Origin: a virus
Direction: 5' to 3' (one strand)
IMG/VR virus record: IMGVR_UViG_3300026875_000002
Length of the DNA stretch: 64,000 bases
The notes beneath the pieces were generated by a model, which worked only from the letters and a program-made list of their open reading frames with translations, was not told where the DNA came from and searched no databases. Each line of letters begins with the position of its first letter. Position 1 is the stretch's first letter. Below, in pieces: positions 10,411 through 19,316 of this stretch. Position numbers and translations under genes: made by a program.

Positions 10411-11553
10411 ATGTCAACACAAACAAAAAAGAATAATATACAAACAATATATAATGATGAACTCTTTAAAGAGTTTTGTATATTAAGAAATTTAAAACAA
10501 AGTAGTATAAAATCATACGCAGTAGTGTTAAATAGTTATGTAAAAGTACAGCAAACAGATTTAACAACACTTATAAATGAAGCAGATGAAGAAGAAGAAC
10601 AAAGAATAAGACTAAGCAAAAGAAAAATTAAACGACGTTTAAATAAGTACAAAATAGAATTACAAAAACAAAAATTAAGTGACAGAACAATAAATGATAG
10701 AATTACAAAAATAAGAACATTTTACTCACAATTTGACATAACTCCTCCAAAAATAACAAGAAAACCAGTGAAAAACATAGAAACATATAAACAAATAATC
10801 ACACCAGAACAAATAAGAAAAGCAGTAAACACGAGTAAAAATAATAAAACAAGAGCATTAATATTATTTATGGCATCATCTGGAACAGCAGCAAAAGAAA
10901 CAAGTAATATAACAATCAAAGATTTTATTGAAGCAACAAGCGAATATCATAATGAAACAAGAATAGAACAAGTAATATATGCATTAAAAAATAGAAAAGA
11001 TATTATTCCAACATTTACAATTATCAGACAAAAAACACAAACTCCTTATTTCACATTCTGCACACCTGAAGCAACACAACAAATATTAATTTATCTCACT
11101 GAAGAATTAATGAAAAGAGACTTAAAAGAAGACGATAAATTATTTAATATTACTCCTCAGAGTATACAAACAAATTTTGAAAGATTAAATGATTGTTGTG
11201 GGTTTGGATGGAAAAATAATCATTGTCGTTTTTTTCATAGTCATGGTTTACGAAAAATGTTTGGATCAAGAATGTTTGATGCAGGATTATCAGAGTTAAC
11301 TATTGATTTCTTAGAGGGACGTAGTATAGGAGCAACTCGTCAAGCGTATTATAAGCCAAAACCTGAAGAATTAAAGAAGAAATATGTTCGAGTATTGAAT
11401 ACTGTTAGTTTTTTTAGTGATGTTGAGTATCATGATATTACCTCTGAAGAAAAAGAAGAGTTATTACAGTATCGTGAAAAAGAAAAAGTGAGGGATGAAA
11501 AAATTAATAATTTAGAACGTATGTTGCAAGATTATTTACGTTCTTCTTCATAA
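10411..11553 (+). CDS. int: Tyrosine recombinase/integrase with N-terminal SAM-like domain
   Basis: LKQSSIKSY SAM helix; ILFMASSG box I; HSHGLRK (HxxR); LEGRS; AYY catalytic Tyr. Confidence 0.9.
   Translation: MSTQTKKNNIQTIYNDELFKEFCILRNLKQSSIKSYAVVLNSYVKVQQTDLTTLINEADEEEEQRIRLSKRKIKRRLNKYKIELQKQKLSDRTINDRITKIRTFYSQFDITPPKITRKPVKNIETYKQIITPEQIRKAVNTSKNNKTRALILFMASSGTAAKETSNITIKDFIEATSEYHNETRIEQVIYALKNRKDIIPTFTIIRQKTQTPYFTFCTPEATQQILIYLTEELMKRDLKEDDKLFNITPQSIQTNFERLNDCCGFGWKNNHCRFFHSHGLRKMFGSRMFDAGLSELTIDFLEGRSIGATRQAYYKPKPEELKKKYVRVLNTVSFFSDVEYHDITSEEKEELLQYREKEKVRDEKINNLERMLQDYLRSSS
10414..10443 (+). repeat. 30-bp direct repeat, copy A (integrase codons 2-11)
   Basis: tcaacacaaac-a6-gaataatatacaa; copy B at 12753. 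Confidence 0.8.
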
Positions 11554-12390
11554 TTCCTTTTTTAGTATTTTAGTTATTATTTCTGTTTGGGTTTGGTTTG
11601 TTTCGTTGAGTTTTATTCCAAATTCTCTGAGTATGTCCCATGCTAATCTTATGTTTTTTGTTTTTGTTATTTTTTCTACGATTAATTCTATTACTTCTTC
11701 TTGTATTGGTATATTAAATGCTATGTTACATCGTTCTTTTATTATATGTGTGTATTGTTCTCTATTGTATGGTTTGAAGTATACTTCTCGTGGGGTGAAT
11801 AGTGTATTTACTTCTTGTTCAAATTGATATTTGAATTCTTGACTTGTTATGATAGGATATATTCCTACTATTATGTTGTAACTTTCGTTTACTCGTGTTA
11901 GTTCTCTGATTATATTTTGTGCTGTGGGGCTTGCCGTGTTTTTGGAACCTAATAGGTAGTTTGCATCATCTAGTGCTATTATTAATGCTTTGTTGGTTTT
12001 AGTTAGTTCTTTCATGATTTTTTTAAATATATTTCTAGTGCTACTTCCAAAGTGTGGGGCTTCTGTATTTAATACTTTTTTGTATATTTGGCCATATATT
12101 GTGTAGGGGGTGTTGTGTTTTCTACAGTTTATGTATACTGGAATTATGTCTGGGATTGTTTCTGTTATTTCTTGAAATAATTTTTGTATTGCAGTTGTTT
12201 TTCCAGTTGCATTGTCTCCTATTATTACTGCATGATTGGGTACTCCTCCATAAAGTATGGGGGCTATGTAACTTGCTATTGTTTCCATTTCATTTTCTCT
12301 ATGGTGGAATTCTCGGGGTATGCATTGGGGGTTTAGGTATTTTATGTTTTTGAACACGTTTTTTTCTGTGTATTTTTTAAAGTATGTCAT
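11548..12390 (-). CDS. cdc6: Orc1/Cdc6 family AAA+ ATPase lacking the C-terminal winged helix
   Basis: YLNPQCIPREFHHRENE, Walker A GDNATGKT, VYINC, Walker B IALDD, F.PY..EQ...II..R, sensor-2 NIR; only 280 aa. Confidence 0.9.
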   Translation of the reverse strand: MTYFKKYTEKNVFKNIKYLNPQCIPREFHHRENEMETIASYIAPILYGGVPNHAVIIGDNATGKTTAIQKLFQEITETIPDIIPVYINCRKHNTPYTIYGQIYKKVLNTEAPHFGSSTRNIFKKIMKELTKTNKALIIALDDANYLLGSKNTASPTAQNIIRELTRVNESYNIIVGIYPIITSQEFKYQFEQEVNTLFTPREVYFKPYNREQYTHIIKERCNIAFNIPIQEEVIELIVEKITKTKNIRLAWDILREFGIKLNETNQTQTEIITKILKKEL

Positions 12391-12474
12391 AGTTCTTTTT
12401 TTATTTTTTGAGTTATTTAAATAAAACTTGTCAAGAGCCCTTATTTAGTTGTTATAAAGTCCCCCTCCCCTTTT

Positions 12475-12487
12475 TTACACTTGCAAT
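12475..12487 (+). promoter_or_regulatory. Mini-ORB-like box upstream of cdc6
   Basis: TTACACTTGCAAT, one mismatch to the Methanothermobacter origin repeat TTACACTTGAAAT. Confidence 0.55.
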
Positions 12488-12752
12488 TAAAGACTATTGG
12501 TAAATTGTACTTTTTATTATAGTTACTTATGTAGTGACCTTACATTTAATTGACCATACTCTAAGGGTTTCCAAAGGAATTTAAATATTACTAAAAATAG
12601 AATTACTAATTGAAAGGGAACTGGAGGTGGAAGTTCTTAAAAAAAGAGAGTAATATTAACAATATGAGAAAAAGATAGTACATGTAATATGTGATTAAAA
12701 AAAATATGATGAGAATGCAAAAATGTATAATTCCTCTTTTTTTTTTAAACTT

Positions 12753-12784
12753 TCAACACAAACAAAAAAAAGAATAATATACAA
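12753..12784 (+). repeat. 32-bp direct repeat, copy B (intergenic)
   Basis: tcaacacaaac-a8-gaataatatacaa; differs from copy A only in A-tract length. Confidence 0.8.
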
Positions 12785-13285
12785 TTTGAACAGACAAAAT
12801 AAATAATTTTCTAATCACTATGTACATGTACTTAATAATTTTCATTTCATTATAGTAAAATAATACAGGTAATAGTAATATTCTACTACATGTACTATTT
12901 TTGTATAGAGCTACTATAATAATTAATCGAATAATTTATATATTTTCTTATGATTAAATGATAAAGTACTCATGAAATAATAATCTAAAATTAATGAAAA
13001 ATGATAAAAATTGGTAAACTTTTAAAATAGAATGATTTTTTTGGTAAAAAAAGGTAAAATTCGTTTTATTCATTGTCCAACCGACTAAAATTAGAACAAT
13101 GAATAAAAAATAATGATTAATTACCTTAAGTACATATCTATATAAGAAAAGTACTATTGTACTATTTTTTTATTAATACTTTATGTACTTTTTCATTAAT
13201 TACATGTATATGTAATTCGTTATTAATCACTACTTTTACCTTTTAATTATATCAAATAATCTATTTTTCAAAGGGGGTATACAAA

Positions 13286-13870
13286 ATTAAAAATAAACTC
13301 ATTGGTGCATTAGTCAGTGAAGAACAATATAATCATATTCAACAAAATATGCAAAGATATGCTTTTAAAAATATGTCTGAATATGTGAGATCTGCTTTAG
13401 ATTTTTTTGATGCACGAAGATATAATGCATCAAAAAATAATGAGATAGCAATAATACAAGAATGCATTACTATACTTCAACATCATAAGAAAGATGTTGA
13501 AAAAAATATGATGCAAGAAACCTTAAATGAATTGAATGAAAATATTAAAAATCAAAATCATAAAAACGAGGAAACATTAAAGGAATTAGATGAAAACCTA
13601 AAACAGAATATTAAATGTTCAGAAAAGCAAAGCTTAAAGGAATTAGATGAAAATATTAAAAAACAAAAAAATAATAAAAGAGAAAATAGAGTAATTCCTA
13701 TGGAATCTGTAATTCAAACGCTTATTCGAATTACACACGTGAAAGGAAGACCTTCAGATCATGATTTTAGTTTTCAGGCAAAACGATGTGGAAAAAGTAA
13801 AAAAGAATTAATTGATTTTTATGATGAGAATTATGATTATTTTACGAAAGAGTCTGATAAATACATGTGA
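13286..13870 (+). CDS. Ribbon-helix-helix regulator with coiled-coil repeats (probable non-ATG start; first ATG at 13349)
   Basis: Frame is open upstream of the ATG and reads KLIGALVSEEQYNHIQQNMQRYAFKNMSEYVRSAL (RHH); three (E/Q)xLxELxEN repeats; SD gggggt at 13273. Confidence 0.6.
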   Translation: MKNKLIGALVSEEQYNHIQQNMQRYAFKNMSEYVRSALDFFDARRYNASKNNEIAIIQECITILQHHKKDVEKNMMQETLNELNENIKNQNHKNEETLKELDENLKQNIKCSEKQSLKELDENIKKQKNNKRENRVIPMESVIQTLIRITHVKGRPSDHDFSFQAKRCGKSKKELIDFYDENYDYFTKESDKYM

Positions 13871-13994
13871 AAACAATCTTTAAATAAAAAACATTAAATG
13901 CTTTAAAAAATTCTTTTTAGTAGGAATATACTTTTTTTCTAATAATATAAAACGTTTTAAAAGCGTTACATATAATAATAAGAGGGATAAAACA

Positions 13995-14213
13995 ATGTCA
14001 TACCATCATATATGTTTACAACAAGATATAATTAACACAATAGGAAATACAATTCACCCCCTTACAAGACAAGAAATATTACATGAAGTAATTAACAGAG
14101 GCTTCAAAAAACAAAGAATATACGTAGATGATGAAATATTAGAAATATTAGAAAACCTTTTAGAACAAGGATATATAATACAAAAAAAGGACAAATATGA
14201 ATGGAAAAAGTAA
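13995..14213 (+). CDS. Small winged-helix protein
   Basis: LTRQEIL...EILEILENLLEQGYII..KDKYEW pattern; gaggga SD. Confidence 0.55.
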   Translation: MSYHHICLQQDIINTIGNTIHPLTRQEILHEVINRGFKKQRIYVDDEILEILENLLEQGYIIQKKDKYEWKK

Positions 14214-14383
14214 GAAAGGGGAGATTGAATATGGTAAAAGAATTAAAAAAAGGAAATAATGTACCTTATCATGGATACTTACTAAATATACATGAATATG
14301 AACAATATACTCAATTCCAGAAGATTGCACCTGCGCTATTGGAATATATTCAACAAGAAAAAGAGGGAAACAGACTCGGATGA
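14201..14383 (+). CDS. Small hypothetical protein (likely start ATG 14231)
   Basis: ORF coupled to the upstream gene; ggga SD. Confidence 0.4.
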   Translation: MEKVRKGRLNMVKELKKGNNVPYHGYLLNIHEYEQYTQFQKIAPALLEYIQQEKEGNRLG

Positions 14384-14603
14384 TAAAACAAGAACAAACA
14401 TTAAAAGCGGTATTATGTATAATTATAATAATATGTATTGTACTATTTAAATTACATTAAGTTATACAACATAATTCCTTTTCTTTAATTATCATTTAAT
14501 TAATGGAATATTTTTTAATTAAAAAGGTGATAAATAATGTATATAGTTAATAAGATAACTATGATACATAAAAAGAGAAATATTTCAGGAAAAGGGAATA
14601 AAA

Positions 14604-15356
14604 ATGAAGAAACAGGCAATAATATTAATTATGGGGGTTATCATTCTAGCTTGTATAATTGGAGTGGGAGTGTATATTCTAACACAACCACAATACAAGA
14701 CAATAAATATGACAGGAATAACACTAGAAGTACCCGATACAAATGCAAATGTACAAAATAATAGTCCAAACTATAATACATACAATGACCAAAAAAATAA
14801 TCTCACAATCAAGACATGGGCATACCGTGATATAAACGATGCAAATGGAACAGCACAAGCAGTACTAGAAATAGGAACACAATATGGATTAAACATGGCA
14901 CAAAATGTTACATATGATAATGTATCAGTAGCAAATAAAAGTGGAACATACTCTTATTATGAAACAGATGAAACCAACAAATGCATTATATTAATTACTG
15001 GTACAAACATAGACCAAGTAACACATGCAGTTAAAAGCATAAACAAAACAGGAATAAATCCAGTAGGAGGAAATATAACACTTGGAAATTTGACGAATCA
15101 AACAGGGAATATTACAAATAATACAACAGTAAGTAATGATAATAATAATAATGGTCAAAGTACAACACAAACAACAAGTAAAACGAGTAAGAAAACAAGT
15201 AGTTCATCAAATAAACCAGATTATACTGATACAGATGATTATAAGAATGGATACATTGATAAAAACGGATATACTACAGGTAAAGGACAGTTTCAAGAAG
15301 CAGGACTTAGTCCACGAGAACAACAGAGAATATTACGTGAAATAGGAGATAGTTAA
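14604..15356 (+). CDS. Membrane-anchored surface protein (candidate superinfection exclusion)
   Basis: MKK plus hydrophobic N-terminal helix, many N-x-S/T sequons, S/T-rich linker. Confidence 0.6.
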   Translation: MKKQAIILIMGVIILACIIGVGVYILTQPQYKTINMTGITLEVPDTNANVQNNSPNYNTYNDQKNNLTIKTWAYRDINDANGTAQAVLEIGTQYGLNMAQNVTYDNVSVANKSGTYSYYETDETNKCIILITGTNIDQVTHAVKSINKTGINPVGGNITLGNLTNQTGNITNNTTVSNDNNNNGQSTTQTTSKTSKKTSSSSNKPDYTDTDDYKNGYIDKNGYTTGKGQFQEAGLSPREQQRILREIGDS

Positions 15357-15681
15357 AGAAAATAATTGAGGAAGGGGGGGGGGTTTTTATGAAAATTATG
15401 ATAAAAAAGAATATCATGGAAATATATGTTATGAAGAGAATAAAATAAGGTTAAATATACTAGCACAATAAAAAAAGATAATCTCCTCCTTCTTATTTTC
15501 TAAAATTGGGCTATAATGTGAATTATAAAATACATGAAATGAACTAAAAAAAAGTATGACTCAAAGAATAAATACCCAAAAAAAGATAAATAATAATTAG
15601 AATTTATAATACTTCAAAAATATTAATAGTTATAATAACAAAATTAGAATTATTATTACATGTTACGGATAGGAGAAAAAT

Positions 15682-16086
15682 ATGATACTAAATGATTTTT
15701 TAGGGGATTCTAATAGAATTAATATTTTAGAATCCTTTTTAGATAATGAAGGTTACAGTTTAACTCTTGAGGATGTTAGACATATTAGTGAAGTTTCAAA
15801 TCCATCATCTGATTTAACTATTTTAGTAAAAATAGGAATACTCTCTGAACGAAATGGAGAATACGAATTAAACCTAAAAGATAAGCGTGTTATTTATTTA
15901 AGTTTAATTGATAATGAAGAATATTCTAGGAAACTTAAAGAAATGGATAAAACGGGAATTTTTAATGAAGTAAAAACATTCTCTTCTGATATAAAATATA
16001 TTGAACAAAATTCAGGGGACAAAGCTACGTTCACGTATTCAGAAGAAGAATCATCTATTAAATCATGTGAATTAGTGAGTACATAG
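15682..16086 (+). CDS. HTH/winged-helix protein with low-complexity C-terminal tail
   Basis: LGDSNRINILESFLDN...LTLEDVRHISEVS...LVKIGIL archaeal HTH pattern. Confidence 0.55.
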   Translation: MILNDFLGDSNRINILESFLDNEGYSLTLEDVRHISEVSNPSSDLTILVKIGILSERNGEYELNLKDKRVIYLSLIDNEEYSRKLKEMDKTGIFNEVKTFSSDIKYIEQNSGDKATFTYSEEESSIKSCELVST

Positions 16087-16106
16087 TATTATTGATGTGA
16101 TAAAAA

Positions 16107-16379
16107 ATGAATAAAAATGTTACTAAAGATATAAATTATGATCAATTTCCTGATGTGGACGATGAATTAGAACAAAAATACGTGAATGGTGGAGGAGTGT
16201 TATCTACTCCAAATGAAATCCACTTGATTTTATTATCTAATCGTATTATTCCTGGAAAACCATTAAGTATCTCAAGAAAAGCAGAAATGGATATTATTTT
16301 AACACCGGAAACTGCTGAACAAATTGGTCAATTATTAATTTCTGAAGCTCAAAAATATAAAAAATCATCTAAAAATTAG
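16107..16379 (+). CDS. DUF3467-like protein
   Basis: YVNG.....TPNEI.L...IILTPETAEQIGQLL pattern. Confidence 0.55.
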   Translation: MNKNVTKDINYDQFPDVDDELEQKYVNGGGVLSTPNEIHLILLSNRIIPGKPLSISRKAEMDIILTPETAEQIGQLLISEAQKYKKSSKN

Positions 16380-16388
16380 GAGGATTAA

Positions 16389-16688
16389 ATGTCAAATGAA
16401 GAAGAATTTTCTGAATATGAAAAGAAAGTTCTGATAATTTTGGGTGGTTTGAATATTTCAAAAAATCGTAATGTTCAAAGACAAACAATTTTGAAACGTG
16501 TTCCTAATAAAATTCATAAGGAATGTAATAAAGCTATTGAGGATTTAATTCGTAAAGGGTATATTGGATATTATAGACGTCCGGATAATTTGATGGTTTC
16601 TCAAAAAGGTCGAAAAGTTACTCATGATTTAAAAGATGAGGATAATAAAAAGAAATATGGTGATTTACGTATTTTATTGATATTTTAA
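16389..16688 (+). CDS. Small basic winged-helix-like protein
   Basis: KAIEDLIRKGYI...VSQKG wing motif; aggat SD. Confidence 0.5.
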   Translation: MSNEEEFSEYEKKVLIILGGLNISKNRNVQRQTILKRVPNKIHKECNKAIEDLIRKGYIGYYRRPDNLMVSQKGRKVTHDLKDEDNKKKYGDLRILLIF

Positions 16689-16825
16689 TTATATAAATTA
16701 TGATATTTACATTAAAAGATGATTATGAAAAATGTACCATCACAATAAAAAAATAATAATATAAGTAAATCAAATTATTCAATTTTTTAAAAAGCAATTG
16801 ATGATAAAAAAGGGGGGTATTCCTA

Positions 16826-17998
16826 ATGACATCAGAAATATTAATAATGACACCTAACGCGATTGCAATGGCAGCAGATAGTGTAGTTACAGTAAGTAAT
16901 AAAAAAACATATGAAGGAGTAAATAAATTATTCATGCTTTCTAATAATCCTCCTGTAGGAATTATGATTTATAATAATGCAAACTTTTTTAACTTTCCAA
17001 TGGAAACAATAATTAAAGATTTTCGAGAAAAACAAGGAGAACCATGTAAAACTGTTAATGAATTTAAAGCAAAATTTGAAAAATATTTAACTAATATATG
17101 TGAATCTAATATTCATCTTTTTCCTATAGATATAAAAGATGAAATTGATTATTTTATAAGAGATTTTAAAGAAGAAATGCAAAAAAATAAGAATATATTA
17201 CATAATTGTAATTATGAAAAAAATACATTTGATTTAAATAAATACACAAAAAACGTTAATACTATTAATTTTAATAGTTACTTTGACGAACAAGTAAGAG
17301 ACTTTGTAAATAACTCAGATGAAATCATATTATTAAAAAAAATATTTTTTGAAAATAAAATAAATACCCAATTTACCGGTGTAGTTATTTCTGGATTTAA
17401 TCAAAAGGATTTATTTCCTTCTTCAATAAGTTTTAAGATTATACCTATAGATAGCTCATTTATTATAGATCATGTTGAAGAAAACTCTGTTAATAGAGAA
17501 ACAAGTGTTGTTTTAACACCATTTGCACAAATTGATACAATAACCAACTTTTTAAATGGTATTGATGAGTCTACTGCTTTTCAAATAATTAATTATTTCA
17601 ATAAAGTTATTGGAGATTATTCTGATAGATTAATACAAGTTATTAATAGTAGTACTCAGGTTAATTCAGGAAAATCACTTAAATTAAATGAAATAACTGA
17701 TGAAAAAAATAAAATATGTAATGATTTTTGCATGTTTATAGATAAATTGAAAGAAGAAAATTATAAGCCTATCATTAAATCAATGGCATCATTACCTAAA
17801 GAAGAATTAGCAAATTTAGCAGAATCATTGATTAATATTACATCTATGAAATTAAAAGTTCAAGATAATCTTGAAACTGTTGGAGGCGATGTAGATGTTG
17901 CATTAATTACTAAAGGTGATGGTTTTATATGGACTAAACGTAAACATTACTTTGATTCAGAGTTAAATCCTCAATTTTTTAGTAGGCATAATTATTAA
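16826..17998 (+). CDS. Proteasome-beta/HslV-like Ntn-hydrolase fold protein
   Basis: Thr directly after Met, AADS..T, K in NKLF; C-terminal ETVGGDVDVALITKGDGF.W.KRKHYF. Confidence 0.65.
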   Translation: MTSEILIMTPNAIAMAADSVVTVSNKKTYEGVNKLFMLSNNPPVGIMIYNNANFFNFPMETIIKDFREKQGEPCKTVNEFKAKFEKYLTNICESNIHLFPIDIKDEIDYFIRDFKEEMQKNKNILHNCNYEKNTFDLNKYTKNVNTINFNSYFDEQVRDFVNNSDEIILLKKIFFENKINTQFTGVVISGFNQKDLFPSSISFKIIPIDSSFIIDHVEENSVNRETSVVLTPFAQIDTITNFLNGIDESTAFQIINYFNKVIGDYSDRLIQVINSSTQVNSGKSLKLNEITDEKNKICNDFCMFIDKLKEENYKPIIKSMASLPKEELANLAESLINITSMKLKVQDNLETVGGDVDVALITKGDGFIWTKRKHYFDSELNPQFFSRHNY

Positions 17999-18046
17999 TA
18001 GAATAAATAAAATATATATTCTTAATAGGATGCTGAAGATGATACT

Positions 18047-18289
18047 ATGACTAAATGGATGGAAAAAAATGAAGCTATGAAGGTGGGAAATCTTCCCGTA
18101 AATTTTGGGGAAATTCAAGCAAAGAAGTCTATGGAATCATTAAATAATATTATTGATGATATATTACAGGGAGATCAAGAAGACTCTGATGATTCATATC
18201 AGTTTAATGAATCTTTTATAAAAACCATAAAGGATAGGGAAAAACAAAAATCTATTGAAATCACTGATTTAAATCAATTATTTGAATGA
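18047..18289 (+). CDS. Putative antitoxin
   Basis: 80-aa acidic ORF directly upstream of the RelE-like gene; ends SIEITDLNQLFE. Confidence 0.6.
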   Translation: MTKWMEKNEAMKVGNLPVNFGEIQAKKSMESLNNIIDDILQGDQEDSDDSYQFNESFIKTIKDREKQKSIEITDLNQLFE

Positions 18290-18298
18290 TATGATATA

Positions 18299-18565
18299 AT
18301 GTATAGAACAACGTTTAAAGAAGGTTTTTTAGAGGATACTAAGAAGATTAAAGATAAAAAATCTCAGGAAAATCTTAAAAAGAAAATTGAAGAAATTGCA
18401 ACTATTTTGGAGTTTAGTCCTAATCATTTTAAACCTCTGAAAAAACCTTTGCAGGGGTATTCTCGTGTTCATGTTAATGATTCATTTGTGTTGATTTTTA
18501 GAGTTTATTCTGATGATAAGACTGTTGATTTTGTTAAGTATGCTCATCATGATGAAGCATATTGA
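18299..18565 (+). CDS. relE: RelE/ParE (YafQ-like) toxin
   Basis: FLEDTKK...P..FKPLK.PLQGYSRVHVNDSFVLIFRV...VDFV..AHHDEAY. Confidence 0.85.
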   Translation: MYRTTFKEGFLEDTKKIKDKKSQENLKKKIEEIATILEFSPNHFKPLKKPLQGYSRVHVNDSFVLIFRVYSDDKTVDFVKYAHHDEAY

Positions 18566-18703
18566 TTTACTTATTTTTTTTTTAATTATTTTATTATTAT
18601 ATATAATATAATATAATATAATCTAATCTAATTTACACTTGAAATTATACTATATGTTTTATTTCTAGTATAACACCTTCCCGCGAATATAGGGGCACCC
18701 CTA

Positions 18704-18868
18704 ATGTACATCATGTACATCGTTCCTTCGAAACAACCATATATTCTTTAAAAAGACAATTAAAATGGCAAGAGAGTATATTTTAATTAAATAAGATGTA
18801 TATTATCATTAAATTATGTATAATCTATTTAAATTTATATTTAATATTTGGATGTACATGATGTACAT
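18704..18868. repeat. Perfect 18-bp inverted repeat flanking a 129-bp AT-rich spacer
   Basis: atgtacatcatgtacatc (18704-18721) and gatgtacatgatgtacat (18851-18868). Confidence 0.85.
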
Positions 18869-18983
18869 CTATAAGAAGGGTATTTTTTGGAAAAATAAAC
18901 TTACATTTGAAATAAAACATGTAGTAATATTACAAGTGTAAATAAATCAAAACATTTATATAGTACTTCTTTTATATTCTAAT

Positions 18984-19003
18984 ATAGTACTATATAGTAC
19001 TAT
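18984..19003. promoter_or_regulatory. 20-bp palindrome (atagtactat)x2, candidate operator
   Basis: Abuts the TTG start of the AbrB-like gene. Confidence 0.5.
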
Positions 19004-19192
19004 TTGAATTTAAAGGAAGTGAAAAAAATTGAAATAAAGAAAACAAGTACGACTATGAAAATTAATAAAACATCTAATGCTTTAAGAACAAATATACCAG
19101 TAGATATACAAAAACAAATGAATTTAACAGAAAAAGATTTGATTTTATGGCATTATGATGGAAAAGATGTTAGAGTGAAAAAAGTAGAATAA
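19004..19192 (+). CDS. AbrB/SpoVT-like DNA-binding protein
   Basis: KINKTSNALRTNIPVDIQKQMNLTEKD.I.W. Confidence 0.7.
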   Translation: MNLKEVKKIEIKKTSTTMKINKTSNALRTNIPVDIQKQMNLTEKDLILWHYDGKDVRVKKVE

Positions 19193-19316
19193 ACTAACAA
19201 CTTCCAAATTACAAGTTTATTCTACTATTGATACATTAAAATAGCAAAAAACTATAGTAATGTAATTACTATTTTTATTAATTACATTACTTATAATTTT
19301 TTACTTATTTTTTGAT

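Larger units (their letters stand above)
18566..19003. promoter_or_regulatory. Candidate replication origin/regulatory hub
   Basis: ORB-like boxes at 18633-18645 (+, exact), 18901-18913 (+) and 18929-18941 (-); ATATA tandem run near 18600; 18-bp inverted repeat; 20-bp palindrome. Confidence 0.6.

Noticed and set aside
12391-13285. Possible CRISPR mini-array in long intergenic regions (also 24.6-26.3 kb)
   Set aside because: No 25-40-bp repeat recurring at spacer-like intervals was seen, only short palindromic motifs.
14537-14761. 74-aa ORF overlapping the surface protein gene
   Set aside because: Mostly an alternative frame of 14604..15356 with no motif, although an aggtga SD is present.
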